DNA of 52,384 bases from a virus (lineage: Duplodnaviria > Caudoviricetes): the IMG/VR virus record IMGVR_UViG_3300044998_000632, positions 1 through 52,384 of that record. One strand, 5' to 3'. Made by a program: the position numbers and the translations under genes. The first letter of the stretch is position 1; every line of letters begins with the position of its first letter. This document shows, in pieces, positions 28,939 to 37,468 of the stretch. The notes beneath the pieces were generated by a model. It was not told the DNA's origin. It made no database searches and worked only from the letters and a program-made list of their open reading frames with translations.

Positions 28939-31931
28939 GCTTCACGCTCGTTGGCAGGCGCTGCGCGTGCAACGCTAGTTCCGGTGTCCGCCGCGACGGC
29001 GTCCACCGCATCAGCGGGCATCACGACACGAACGAACTCAGTGCGGACTCCCAGGACCATCTCCGTGACGACGTCCAGCGAGTAGCCGCTGCCCTGCAGC
29101 CGCATCGGAACGGTCTTGAGCGGATCGGTCCGCACCGACGGAAAGAGCCGACGCCGTCCACTCACCAACTGCGCGCGACTGACGTACAGCGCAGGGCGCG
29201 TACCAACGCCGATGGTCGGTACCCCGTGATTCGGCCAGTCGTTGATGACGATGAACGCGTCAGTGCGCGTAGCCGCCGGCGCGTTGCCGATCCGACTCAG
29301 CGAGCGGGACAGCACCCCATCCATTCGATTCGCCAGGCTCAGACTGCCGCGCTCATCGCGCAGCAGGCGGGGGAGGAAGCTGTTGTTGGTGGCGATGAAG
29401 GTGGAAACGTCCTCGATGATCTGGGAGGTCGGGTCTGCCACCATGCTCTTCGCAGCGCGAAGCAGACGCATCGCAACATCGACCAACGCAGATTCCTTGA
29501 AGTTGGTTAGGCCGCATTCAGTCGCCACGCGATTGGCCACGATGATGCAGGCGAAGGTGGCGAACTTGAACCGCAGTGCGCTGCGCGCTGCTTCGGTCGG
29601 CGATACCCGGCGCACCAGGTCTCGTTCGACGGCGGCAATGGCGTCGCGAATCGCAGGCGCGCCGTGCGCCATGACGGCCAGAATGAACGCACGTCCGGCG
29701 TGCCCGTAATTGGTCTGGATCTGCTGAAAGACGTCGTGCTTGGCGTAGTCCAGCCGGCCTGCTGGAATCTCGATGGACGTGATCCGCGCCATCTCCCCCT
29801 CTGCGTTGCCGGTGCGTCGGATTTCGTACTCGATGTCAACGTTGGCGGACGACACCCCAATGAGTTCCCAGGACTTGCCATGCACTACACGCTGCCCGGA
29901 CTGCAGCAGGCGGGCGCGGGGCTCCCCTGCAGCAACGTCAAGCGCAAGTCGGCGCAGAGTATCGGAGTCGAGCAGCGTGATCTCGTCGATGATGCCGGGC
30001 AGGCAGCCGTACACGCTGAACCGGTCCATCATGGCGTTGTACGTGGACCGCCCCTTGTCGATGACGGGCTCGCCCCATATCGACCAGATGGCCTGCTGCA
30101 GAGAAGTCTTCCCCGAGCCCGAGGCGTCGCTGAAGACGTGGATGAGGTGCGACCAGCGCTGCGCGGTGAACGGAATCAATGCGGAAGCGAACCCCGCAGC
30201 AAGCCCAAACTGATAGCACTCGCGCCCCTCGCCTTCGTAGGTCGCCACGGCTTCGCGCCATCTTTCGAGCGTGCCGGCCACGCTCATCCGCAGGCCGTAG
30301 CTCGTGATCTTGGGGGAAACAAGGCACGGATGTAGCACGGGGGTGCCTTCCTCCGTGGAAGCGTACGCGTGCCCGAAATTGAAGTGCCGGCGGGACTCAT
30401 CCCACCCAAGGCACTCGGACATCAGCGAGTCCCGAGTCAACTCGTTGATCAAGTCCAGACAACGCGCGAAGTACGTGGTCGCCAACTTGCGGAAGTTGGC
30501 TGCGAGCGGAAAGCCGTACCGCACCAGCAGGTTGATGATTGGCTGATCAGCGCCGTACAGGCTAGGGTCGATGATGACGCGGACCGGGTGCTCATCGCGG
30601 CGAGCCCAAAAGACGAACTCGTACACCATGACCCCGCGCGAGTCCCGCATCTTGTGCTGCGGCCAGAAGACGCCGGCCCACAAGGGTTTCGTGACTCGGC
30701 GTTGGATGCGGTTGCCTTCCTCGTCCTGGTCCTCGACCATCTCGAAATACAGGGTTCGGAAGGTCGTAGGGTCGAAGCCAAACCCGTACGGCCAACGCAC
30801 CATGGGGCGGTATCGGTCGAGGAACTCCTGATCCTCTTCCGGGTAGAACACCCGAAGCTGCGTCTGCAGCAGTGCGGCGATCAGCTTGGATGGGTCCGTG
30901 CTCCCCGGGGCCACCTCTGCGGGGGGCAGGTAGCCATGGCGGATCGGTGTCGAGTTGGACACCGCGTGCGGGCACCCGCCGCACTTGCCGTGACCCGCCA
31001 TATGGGCGCATGTACGAGGGTGTTGGTTGCCCTTCCAGGCGGCCAGCTTCGCGTCAACCGCGGCGCCGTCGGCGTACCGCTCCGAATCATGTCTGGAGAA
31101 CTCGTGGGCGTAGAACACGCCGTCCTCGGCCTTGCTGCACATCGCCAGCAGGTCCGCCCACAGCGCTTCATTCATCGAGCTGCGTGTCTGGTTCTCAGGC
31201 TTGAGCGCCCAATGCACCAGTCGGCACTCATTGGACTCCACAATGCTCTTGATCCAGAACGGGCGGTACCTGGACTCTGCGCTTCCCTGCGGCAATTCGA
31301 GTCCGGCGAACGCCGTGTTGGTGCTTGGCGGAGCCCCCGAGGTCAGCAGCGTGTCAAACGCGGCCAGCGCGTGGGCTTTGCCCGTGAGCCGGCCCTCGGT
31401 CAGATATGGAGGATCGTACTTGCGGTTGTGCGAGCCCAGTGGCCGCAGCACACGAGCCAAATCCCCGGTGATCGCGTGATCTGCCGGAATGCCTGCGGCC
31501 TTGGTCGCTACTTTCAGCGCGTCGGCGTACAGCTTCCAGGTGGTCGGATCGGTGTCTGCGTCCAGCGCCCAATAGACGTGGATGCCGCCACCGGTTGACA
31601 TGATATAGGTGGGGGCGGGAAGCTGGTACGCCTTGGTGAATGCCTTGAGTTGGCGGATGACCGCCACGAGCGGGTCTTCTTCGGGAACGTTCTTGAAGTC
31701 GATGTCAAGGTAGAGCGCCCGCTTGGCCGCGACTTCAGCAGTCAATCGATCGGCGCCAGAGAACGTCGCTGTGGCGTAGTAGGCTTCGCCGCCCCGCGCG
31801 TCGATCGCCTGGAGGGCAGCGACGAGCCCCTCCAACGTGGCATGCGCTGAGTGTGCTTTGGACCTACCGTCCCACGCGATGTAGTTCCCTGACCCCTCTG
31901 ACGGCAGCACGAGGGACAGGAAGTCTTTCAT
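28935..31931 (-). CDS. DNA primase-helicase fusion (RepB/AEP-like primase + DUF927 + P-loop domain)
   Basis: LYLDID, STGGGIHVYW, D-ARVLRP-GS-N-K, Cys cluster, LGW, Walker A SGSGKTS and IIDEIT. Confidence 0.85.
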   Translation of the reverse strand: MKDFLSLVLPSEGSGNYIAWDGRSKAHSAHATLEGLVAALQAIDARGGEAYYATATFSGADRLTAEVAAKRALYLDIDFKNVPEEDPLVAVIRQLKAFTKAYQLPAPTYIMSTGGGIHVYWALDADTDPTTWKLYADALKVATKAAGIPADHAITGDLARVLRPLGSHNRKYDPPYLTEGRLTGKAHALAAFDTLLTSGAPPSTNTAFAGLELPQGSAESRYRPFWIKSIVESNECRLVHWALKPENQTRSSMNEALWADLLAMCSKAEDGVFYAHEFSRHDSERYADGAAVDAKLAAWKGNQHPRTCAHMAGHGKCGGCPHAVSNSTPIRHGYLPPAEVAPGSTDPSKLIAALLQTQLRVFYPEEDQEFLDRYRPMVRWPYGFGFDPTTFRTLYFEMVEDQDEEGNRIQRRVTKPLWAGVFWPQHKMRDSRGVMVYEFVFWARRDEHPVRVIIDPSLYGADQPIINLLVRYGFPLAANFRKLATTYFARCLDLINELTRDSLMSECLGWDESRRHFNFGHAYASTEEGTPVLHPCLVSPKITSYGLRMSVAGTLERWREAVATYEGEGRECYQFGLAAGFASALIPFTAQRWSHLIHVFSDASGSGKTSLQQAIWSIWGEPVIDKGRSTYNAMMDRFSVYGCLPGIIDEITLLDSDTLRRLALDVAAGEPRARLLQSGQRVVHGKSWELIGVSSANVDIEYEIRRTGNAEGEMARITSIEIPAGRLDYAKHDVFQQIQTNYGHAGRAFILAVMAHGAPAIRDAIAAVERDLVRRVSPTEAARSALRFKFATFACIIVANRVATECGLTNFKESALVDVAMRLLRAAKSMVADPTSQIIEDVSTFIATNNSFLPRLLRDERGSLSLANRMDGVLSRSLSRIGNAPAATRTDAFIVINDWPNHGVPTIGVGTRPALYVSRAQLVSGRRRLFPSVRTDPLKTVPMRLQGSGYSLDVVTEMVLGVRTEFVRVVMPADAVDAVAADTGTSVARAAPANEREA

Positions 31932-31937
31932 GCGAGG

Positions 31938-32180
31938 CTAGGCTGGAGGAGTGGAGGTGGAAACGGCGACGCGGAGGCGGCGGACAGTGTCACCGCGGGC
32001 GTCGCCGTAGGGCTTCTGGATGATGGCGTACAGGGTGGAAGCGGTCAACCCTGCAGCGGTCGCGAGTGCCGGCAGCGTCCACCCCACATCAAGCGCATCC
32101 AGAAGAACCTGCTTGATGGGGGCGTCATCCGGTAGGTTATTGACTTTCCGGATGACTTTGCTGGAAACCCGTCGCCTCAT
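31938..32180 (-). CDS. HTH DNA-binding protein
   Basis: WTLPALATAAGLTASTLYAII is a Cro/XRE-type HTH. Confidence 0.7.
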   Translation of the reverse strand: MRRRVSSKVIRKVNNLPDDAPIKQVLLDALDVGWTLPALATAAGLTASTLYAIIQKPYGDARGDTVRRLRVAVSTSTPPA

Positions 32181-33019
32181 GTTCCAGTGCGCGGCTTACA
32201 CACCTGGACCACTTTCTGGCCCTCGGGGCAATCCACCTTGGGGTTGCGCTTCGGCTGGCCCTGCGGGGCGCGCACCGGGGCGGCCTGCTCGACCTGGACG
32301 ATGACGGTGGTCTGATCCGCCGGGGCAGCCTGGACGGTCGGGGCCGGGGCCGGGGCCGGGGCCGGGGCCGGGGCCGGGGCCGGGGCCGGGGCCGGGGCCG
32401 GCCGCGCGACACACTGCATCGGGTCGACGTCCACAAGCGAGTCGGGCAGCGGCGGCGGCTCGACGCCGAGCGCTTTGGCGGCCTCGGCCCGGTAGTGCGC
32501 AGCCGTGCGCCACTGGCACTGCGAGGCAGCTTCGCGGCTCAGGGCGCGCAGGTTGCACACCTTGGCCTCGACGATGGTCGGCGTGGTCTTGGTGGCAAAG
32601 CCCCAGCCAACGCTGGTGCCGTCCGGCCCGGCCGCGAGGCAGTCGCCTGCGCTGGCCGAGCCGAACGAGATCGAAGGAAACGCCAGACCGAGTGCTCGGC
32701 TAGTGCTGGTCGACGTGTCGCCGCCGACTTGGATCGGGCCGGTCGATCCACCCGCGCCGCCAGAGGACGTCACGGGGCCGGTGGATCCGCCCGCGCCGCC
32801 CGCGCCGCCAGAGGACGTCACGGGGCCGGTGGCCGCACTGGCTCCTGCTGCGGCCTTGGCGGCCGCGTTGGCCGTCGCATTGGCATCCGCTGAAACGGGC
32901 GCGGGGGGCGAGGGCAGATCGTAGTTGGTCGCCGCTGCGGCCGAAGCAAAGAGCAGCAGGCCGAGAGCAAGGGGGTACTCGATGACGTCGAGTCCGGGGA
33001 TGGCATTGCGGGTAATCAT
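32177..33019 (-). CDS. Secreted/exported low-complexity protein with 6 Cys
   Basis: Signal-like LALGLLLFASAAAA, TGPVTSSGGAGG repeats and a (PA)n tract. Confidence 0.6.
   Translation of the reverse strand: MITRNAIPGLDVIEYPLALGLLLFASAAAATNYDLPSPPAPVSADANATANAAAKAAAGASAATGPVTSSGGAGGAGGSTGPVTSSGGAGGSTGPIQVGGDTSTSTSRALGLAFPSISFGSASAGDCLAAGPDGTSVGWGFATKTTPTIVEAKVCNLRALSREAASQCQWRTAAHYRAEAAKALGVEPPPLPDSLVDVDPMQCVARPAPAPAPAPAPAPAPAPAPAPTVQAAPADQTTVIVQVEQAAPVRAPQGQPKRNPKVDCPEGQKVVQVCKPRTGT
32340..32400. repeat. (GGGGCC)x10 perfect hexamer repeat encoding (PA)n on the - strand
   Basis: Seen directly in the sequence. Confidence 0.9.
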
Positions 33020-33309
33020 GGCTTTTCCTTGTTGATACGGGCTTCGGCAGCTTCCTTGGCCTCGCGCAGAAGTTCTTCGATGCGCCGCAGCTCATCGAAG
33101 AAGTATTCGAGATCAGCGCGCAGTCGGACACGGACCTCCTCCGCCTGCTCAGCATCGATGCGCAGCGCGGTGTCGCGCAGCGATTCAATCGTTCGCACGC
33201 GCCACTCTTCGAGGGCCGTGATGTCGATGGGCACACCACCGCAGCCGCCGAGTTGCACGGCGGCTGCGATGATCCCTGCCCCGACGAGTCGATGCAAGGG
33301 AGAGGTCAT
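33016..33309 (-). CDS. Putative lipoprotein
   Basis: Hydrophobic leader ending in lipobox LGGC; ATGA-coupled on both sides. Confidence 0.55.
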   Translation of the reverse strand: MTSPLHRLVGAGIIAAAVQLGGCGGVPIDITALEEWRVRTIESLRDTALRIDAEQAEEVRVRLRADLEYFFDELRRIEELLREAKEAAEARINKEKP

Positions 33310-34163
33310 GCGGTCTCCTCTCCACTGTCTGCGCCCCAGGACTCGACCGCTTCGCTGAGCTTGGCTGCGCCGGTGGCGCGCGGCTTGGACGTCTTGGCCG
33401 AAGCCGCCGGGGTCGAAACTGCCGGCGCGGCCACCGGGGCCGGCAGTTCGGCATCCGCCGTCTTGGCGATCACCCGTAATTCGATGGCGCGCTTGACGTC
33501 GTCGTGCTGCATCTGGCGCTTGATGATGTCGACGTCGGCCTCAGAGATTTGGCGGAGCGGCTTGAACAGCAGTTTGGGCACCGCCGCATCCTTGTCGAAG
33601 CGCATCTCCGTGACCACAGACGGCATCGGCGCCTTGTTGGCGCGCAGGAACGTGGCGTACGCCTGGAAGGGGTAGTACCCGTTGCTGCCCTCGCCGAAGA
33701 TCGACATGGACGGCAGCTTCATCGCGTAGATGTCACCCCCGATGTCGTTCGCCAGCACAACCGCGATGCGGCGTGCAAAGCGGCACGCGCGCCCCCCGTT
33801 CACGGGGTTGCTGCCCTTCTGGTTCTGCGGACACGACGCGCAGTCGCTCGCCTGCTTCTTGATGGCGTCCTTGTCCGGCGTGCGGCCGTCGTTGGAGTAG
33901 CACACCGGGACCGCCTCGACGCCCTCGACGTACTGCCCCTCGTAATACTCGCGCTGCACGTGCGGCGATGCGCCGACCACGACCACCGGCAGGAACCGGT
34001 CGTCGATGGAGTCGATTTCCTGCTTGCCGTCGTGCCGCCGGAATACGCCGCCGCGGATCGAGATCCGCTTCATGCTGTTGGACGCGACATCCTTGGTGAA
34101 GTCGTTGTCCGCAAACGCCGCTGCGACCGCGCCGGGCTTGAAGATGCTCAGTTCGTTGCTCAT
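33306..34163 (-). CDS. Putative ssDNA-binding/annealing protein
   Basis: RISIRGG-FR, P-CYSNDG-TP, CASCPQN-KGS, GRACRFARRIAV and an acidic C-terminal tail. Confidence 0.65.
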   Translation of the reverse strand: MSNELSIFKPGAVAAAFADNDFTKDVASNSMKRISIRGGVFRRHDGKQEIDSIDDRFLPVVVVGASPHVQREYYEGQYVEGVEAVPVCYSNDGRTPDKDAIKKQASDCASCPQNQKGSNPVNGGRACRFARRIAVVLANDIGGDIYAMKLPSMSIFGEGSNGYYPFQAYATFLRANKAPMPSVVTEMRFDKDAAVPKLLFKPLRQISEADVDIIKRQMQHDDVKRAIELRVIAKTADAELPAPVAAPAVSTPAASAKTSKPRATGAAKLSEAVESWGADSGEETA

Positions 34164-34194
34164 GAAAACTCCTGAAATGAGACCGATTAGACGG

Positions 34195-34629
34195 TCAGTT
34201 GGTTGTCGGCTTGCGCACGACGGCTTTCCGCTCGACCTCGATGTTGAGGCCGACCGGCACGTCCCCCGGGTGGTCCCGGAGGAATTGGGTCATGTTGGTG
34301 TTGTGGATCCGACGCTCCAGCAAGTGGAACGCCGCGTGCTCGCTGATGAAGTCGTACATGGACTGCCAGTCGGACGGCCAGTACCGGATCGTCTCCTGCA
34401 GCAGCACGGTGCCTGCAGGGGTGCGGATGGACGTGGCCCCCGCCGCCTGCAATGCCTGTCGCAGGACCAGCTCGATGCTGGCCATCTCGTCGGTGAGCAC
34501 CTTGTCAGCGGCCTCGTACTCGCGCTTGAGCGCTTCACGCCGCGCGCGTAGATGCAGTACACGCGCGGCAGCGGTCGGCAAATCGGGCAGATCGGGCAGA
34601 TCGGGAGGGGGTAGATGGGATTCATTCAT
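34195..34629 (-). CDS. Conserved phage replication-module protein
   Basis: Coiled coil plus SIRTPAGT..DW..Y-FI...LLERRI...PVGLN. Confidence 0.65.
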   Translation of the reverse strand: MNESHLPPPDLPDLPDLPTAAARVLHLRARREALKREYEAADKVLTDEMASIELVLRQALQAAGATSIRTPAGTVLLQETIRYWPSDWQSMYDFISEHAAFHLLERRIHNTNMTQFLRDHPGDVPVGLNIEVERKAVVRKPTTN

Positions 34630-34632
34630 TGG

Positions 34633-36183
34633 CTAGCTCCTTGCGATGTCGGTGAACAGGCTCACCGCGGCCTCATGCACGTTGATGTTTCTACGTAGCG
34701 TGGAATATACCTTAGTTTCCGCCGCAGATCCAGTGAGGTGAATCACGGTGCATCGCTGGGTCTGTCCGATGCGATGGAAGCGGTCATTGGCCTGCTTGTA
34801 CATCTCGACTGACATCGTCGGGGACCACCAGACAGTGGTGTCCGCCCGAGTCAGCGTCAGGCCGTGTGCGGCCGCTTGCGGCTGCAGCACCAGGACTCGC
34901 AGATGGTCGGTCTGTTGAAACTGAAAGATCAGATTGCGTCGTTCGTGTGCGCTGACGTCCCCGTGGATGGCCATTGCAGGGACCCCCGCTGCGTTCAGCC
35001 GCGTAGTGAGGTCCTCGATGATGCCGCGAAAGAGCGCGAAGACCAGCACCTTCTCTGTCGTCTGCTCGATGATGTTGATCAACTCCGTGAACCGCGAGGT
35101 GTAATCCAGCGCGATGGGCTCCCGGTCGTTGGCGTAGACCACCCCGGAGCTGATCTGCAGCAGCTTGCCCAGCAACACGGCGGCGTTGGCCGCGGTGATC
35201 TCGCCACGCTCCGTGTCGAGCAGCATCTCTTTCTTGAGTCGTGTGTAGTGGTCGAGCTGTTCCTTGGACAGCGCCACGTGCCGGTCCAGGTAGACCCGCT
35301 CTGGTAGGTCGAGGCACTGCTCCTTGGTGAACCGGATCGACGGCTTGAGGATCTCGTTGACGCGCTGCGCAGCGTCGGCCTTGGGGGACCAGACAAACCG
35401 CGACTGCTGAACCATGACCGCGTCCCGCCACGTCGAAAAGTACTTCGGACACTGCGAGTTGCCCAGCAACCGCGACAGCCCGTACGCGTCCACGGGGGAC
35501 TGACTCGCCGGGGTGCCGGTGAGCAGCACCACGCGGGTCTCCGGCTTGATGAGCCGTACCAGCGCCTTGTATCGACGGATTGTGTGGTTCTTAAACGCGT
35601 TGGCCTCGTCGATCACGATCATGTCGAAGTCCGACGCGAGCAGTTTGTCGGTCTCGACATGCAACAGACCGTCGAAGTTCATCACGACGATCTCCGCGGG
35701 TGATTTCAGGACATCAAGCCGCCGAGGCAGAGTGCCGTGGGCGACGCCGACCTGCCGGTGTGGCGCCGCTACCGCAAAGTCGTTGACCCATGCGGAGTAC
35801 ATGACGCTGACGGGGCACAGCACCAGCACGCGTCGTACGCGCTTGCGCAGCAGAAGGTAGTCACATGCCGCGACCGCAGCGATGGTCTTCCCGGTACCCT
35901 GCTCGTTCCATACCCCGCAGCGCATGTGCGCGGTAATGAACTCCGCCGTGCGGACTTGATGTTGATAGGGCTGGATGTGCCACTTGTAGAAATGGCGAAA
36001 CGGCGTGGGCGGATCAAACCCGGCAAGTCCGAGGCGAACAGCGTTGTCCAGCGTCCAGTGGACGAGCAGCCCGTCGTCGGTGGGCTGGGTGTTGCTCAGC
36101 AATGGCGCAAGCTGGTCGTTCGTGCCTCCGCGGACCTTGATCGCCGCGTCGCCCACAATCTCGATGCGCGGATCGTGGTTCAT
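34633..36183 (-). CDS. SNF2-family helicase
   Basis: EQGTGKT, IVIDEA, LLTGTP, HGLTL and QANDRFHRIGQ. Confidence 0.9.
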   Translation of the reverse strand: MNHDPRIEIVGDAAIKVRGGTNDQLAPLLSNTQPTDDGLLVHWTLDNAVRLGLAGFDPPTPFRHFYKWHIQPYQHQVRTAEFITAHMRCGVWNEQGTGKTIAAVAACDYLLLRKRVRRVLVLCPVSVMYSAWVNDFAVAAPHRQVGVAHGTLPRRLDVLKSPAEIVVMNFDGLLHVETDKLLASDFDMIVIDEANAFKNHTIRRYKALVRLIKPETRVVLLTGTPASQSPVDAYGLSRLLGNSQCPKYFSTWRDAVMVQQSRFVWSPKADAAQRVNEILKPSIRFTKEQCLDLPERVYLDRHVALSKEQLDHYTRLKKEMLLDTERGEITAANAAVLLGKLLQISSGVVYANDREPIALDYTSRFTELINIIEQTTEKVLVFALFRGIIEDLTTRLNAAGVPAMAIHGDVSAHERRNLIFQFQQTDHLRVLVLQPQAAAHGLTLTRADTTVWWSPTMSVEMYKQANDRFHRIGQTQRCTVIHLTGSAAETKVYSTLRRNINVHEAAVSLFTDIARS

Positions 36184-36350
36184 CGCTGGATGACGCTGCG
36201 AAGTTCTCCGTGGCGCTCGCCAAGTTCGTAGAACGCCTCACACAGCCGCGCCTCGTAGTTCTCAGCGGTCTCGTTCTCCCCCTTCGGGTTGTGGCGCTTC
36301 CACTGTTGGATGGCGTACAGCAGTTCAGTCAGTGAAAAGGATGTGCTCAT
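36180..36350 (-). CDS. 56-aa hypothetical protein (not in ORF track)
   Basis: RBS GAGGA, translation MSTSFSLTELLYAIQQWKRH...RSVIQR*, and ATGA overlap with the helicase start. Confidence 0.6.
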   Translation of the reverse strand: MSTSFSLTELLYAIQQWKRHNPKGENETAENYEARLCEAFYELGERHGELRSVIQR

Positions 36351-36370
36351 GGGTTCCTCAGTTGATTGAT

Positions 36371-36391
36371 GGGGTCACCGTGACCCCGTGA
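36371..36391. repeat. Palindrome copy 1 (partial left arm)
   Basis: GGGGTCAC-C-GTGACCCCGTGA. Confidence 0.9.
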
Positions 36392-36394
36392 AAG

Positions 36395-36676
36395 CTACTT
36401 CTTCGGTGCGTTGAGCTTCACGCTCCTGTCAGAGTTGCGATGGAAAGACCTGTTCTTCGACGGAGACGTCAGGGACAGGTTGGACCGGGCGTTCGTCCCG
36501 CCCTTGGACAGCGGTACCTTGTGGTCGATGTCCTTGCCGGTGCGGTCCACACCCGCCCGGTCAAACATGTCTCGGGCGCGTTCACGCTCCCGGCGAGCCG
36601 GAGCCTCGTTGCGCTTGAGTTGAAGCTGGTACTCCCGCTTGTACGGGCGATCCCGTTTCGGATTCTTGTACGCCAT
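36395..36676 (-). CDS. HNH endonuclease-like protein
   Basis: GKDIDHKVPLSKGGTN-RSNL...NRS. Confidence 0.8.
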   Translation of the reverse strand: MAYKNPKRDRPYKREYQLQLKRNEAPARRERERARDMFDRAGVDRTGKDIDHKVPLSKGGTNARSNLSLTSPSKNRSFHRNSDRSVKLNAPKK

Positions 36677-36781
36677 AAACGTGCTCCAGGAGGGAGAGCA
36701 ATTTTTGAGCGTCTTCCACCGGGAGCGCAAGCACGGCGTAATCCCTGTACGCCCCGGAGATGGCTTCCTGAAGGCGGCTGA

Positions 36782-37468
36782 TCAGAAGGTCCATGATGGA
36801 TGCGACATGCAGTGGGTGACGGGACAGAACTTGCACAGCCCGCTTGGGTTGGCGGGCCACTCAGACCGTTCACGGGCTCGACGGAGTTGATCCAGCTCTG
36901 CATGCCAGCGCAACCACAGGTGTTTGGCATCCTTGCGATGGAACTCCTGGGTGAAGCTGGCTTCGCTGCCGGGCTTGGTGAACAGCAGCATGGCCGTGAC
37001 GATGTCGACGTCGGGCTCGTGAGAGAACGTCGCCAGCGCGTACACCTCAAGCTGATCCATGTCTGCGTACTTCGGGTTGCCGGTCTTGAAGTCGCCAACC
37101 AGCGCGCGGCGCTTGTCCGCCTGCACGACCATGACGTCTGCGAACGCCTTGAACCAGACATGCGGGTGTCCTGCGTTGCACGCGGTGTAGTCGGACAGCA
37201 GGGACAGATCTCGCTCGGCGTACAGCGTGCCGGGGATGGACCGCAATCCGTCGAGCAAAGGAGTGATGTACTCGAACTCCGGGGGCAGGGGCGCGGTACC
37301 GAGGAGGTACCGCTCGGCTGCTTCGTGCAGCAGCGTGCCGTACGTGGTGTGCTCGCTGGGGCCGTCAACCACGGAGCGGACCTCACGGGTCTCGTAGAAC
37401 CGTTTGGGACAGTTCTTGAATGTCTTCAGGGATGAGAACGACCAGTGAATGGGCGCGCTAGATGACAT
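36782..37468 (-). CDS. PD-(D/E)XK (Cas4/RecB-like) exonuclease
   Basis: WSFSSLKTFKNCP, GT-LH, AD..GDFKTG, QL-VYA and CKFCPV-HC. Confidence 0.85.
   Translation of the reverse strand: MSSSAPIHWSFSSLKTFKNCPKRFYETREVRSVVDGPSEHTTYGTLLHEAAERYLLGTAPLPPEFEYITPLLDGLRSIPGTLYAERDLSLLSDYTACNAGHPHVWFKAFADVMVVQADKRRALVGDFKTGNPKYADMDQLEVYALATFSHEPDVDIVTAMLLFTKPGSEASFTQEFHRKDAKHLWLRWHAELDQLRRARERSEWPANPSGLCKFCPVTHCMSHPSWTF

Noticed and set aside
36582-36794. Possible small ORF MDLLISRLQEAISG...
   Set aside because: It plausibly fills the gap but overlaps the HNH gene by ~95 bp, so there is too little support to call it.
36782-37468. Cas4 as part of a CRISPR system
   Set aside because: It is a stand-alone PD-(D/E)XK exonuclease coupled to PolA, which is standard in phage replication modules.
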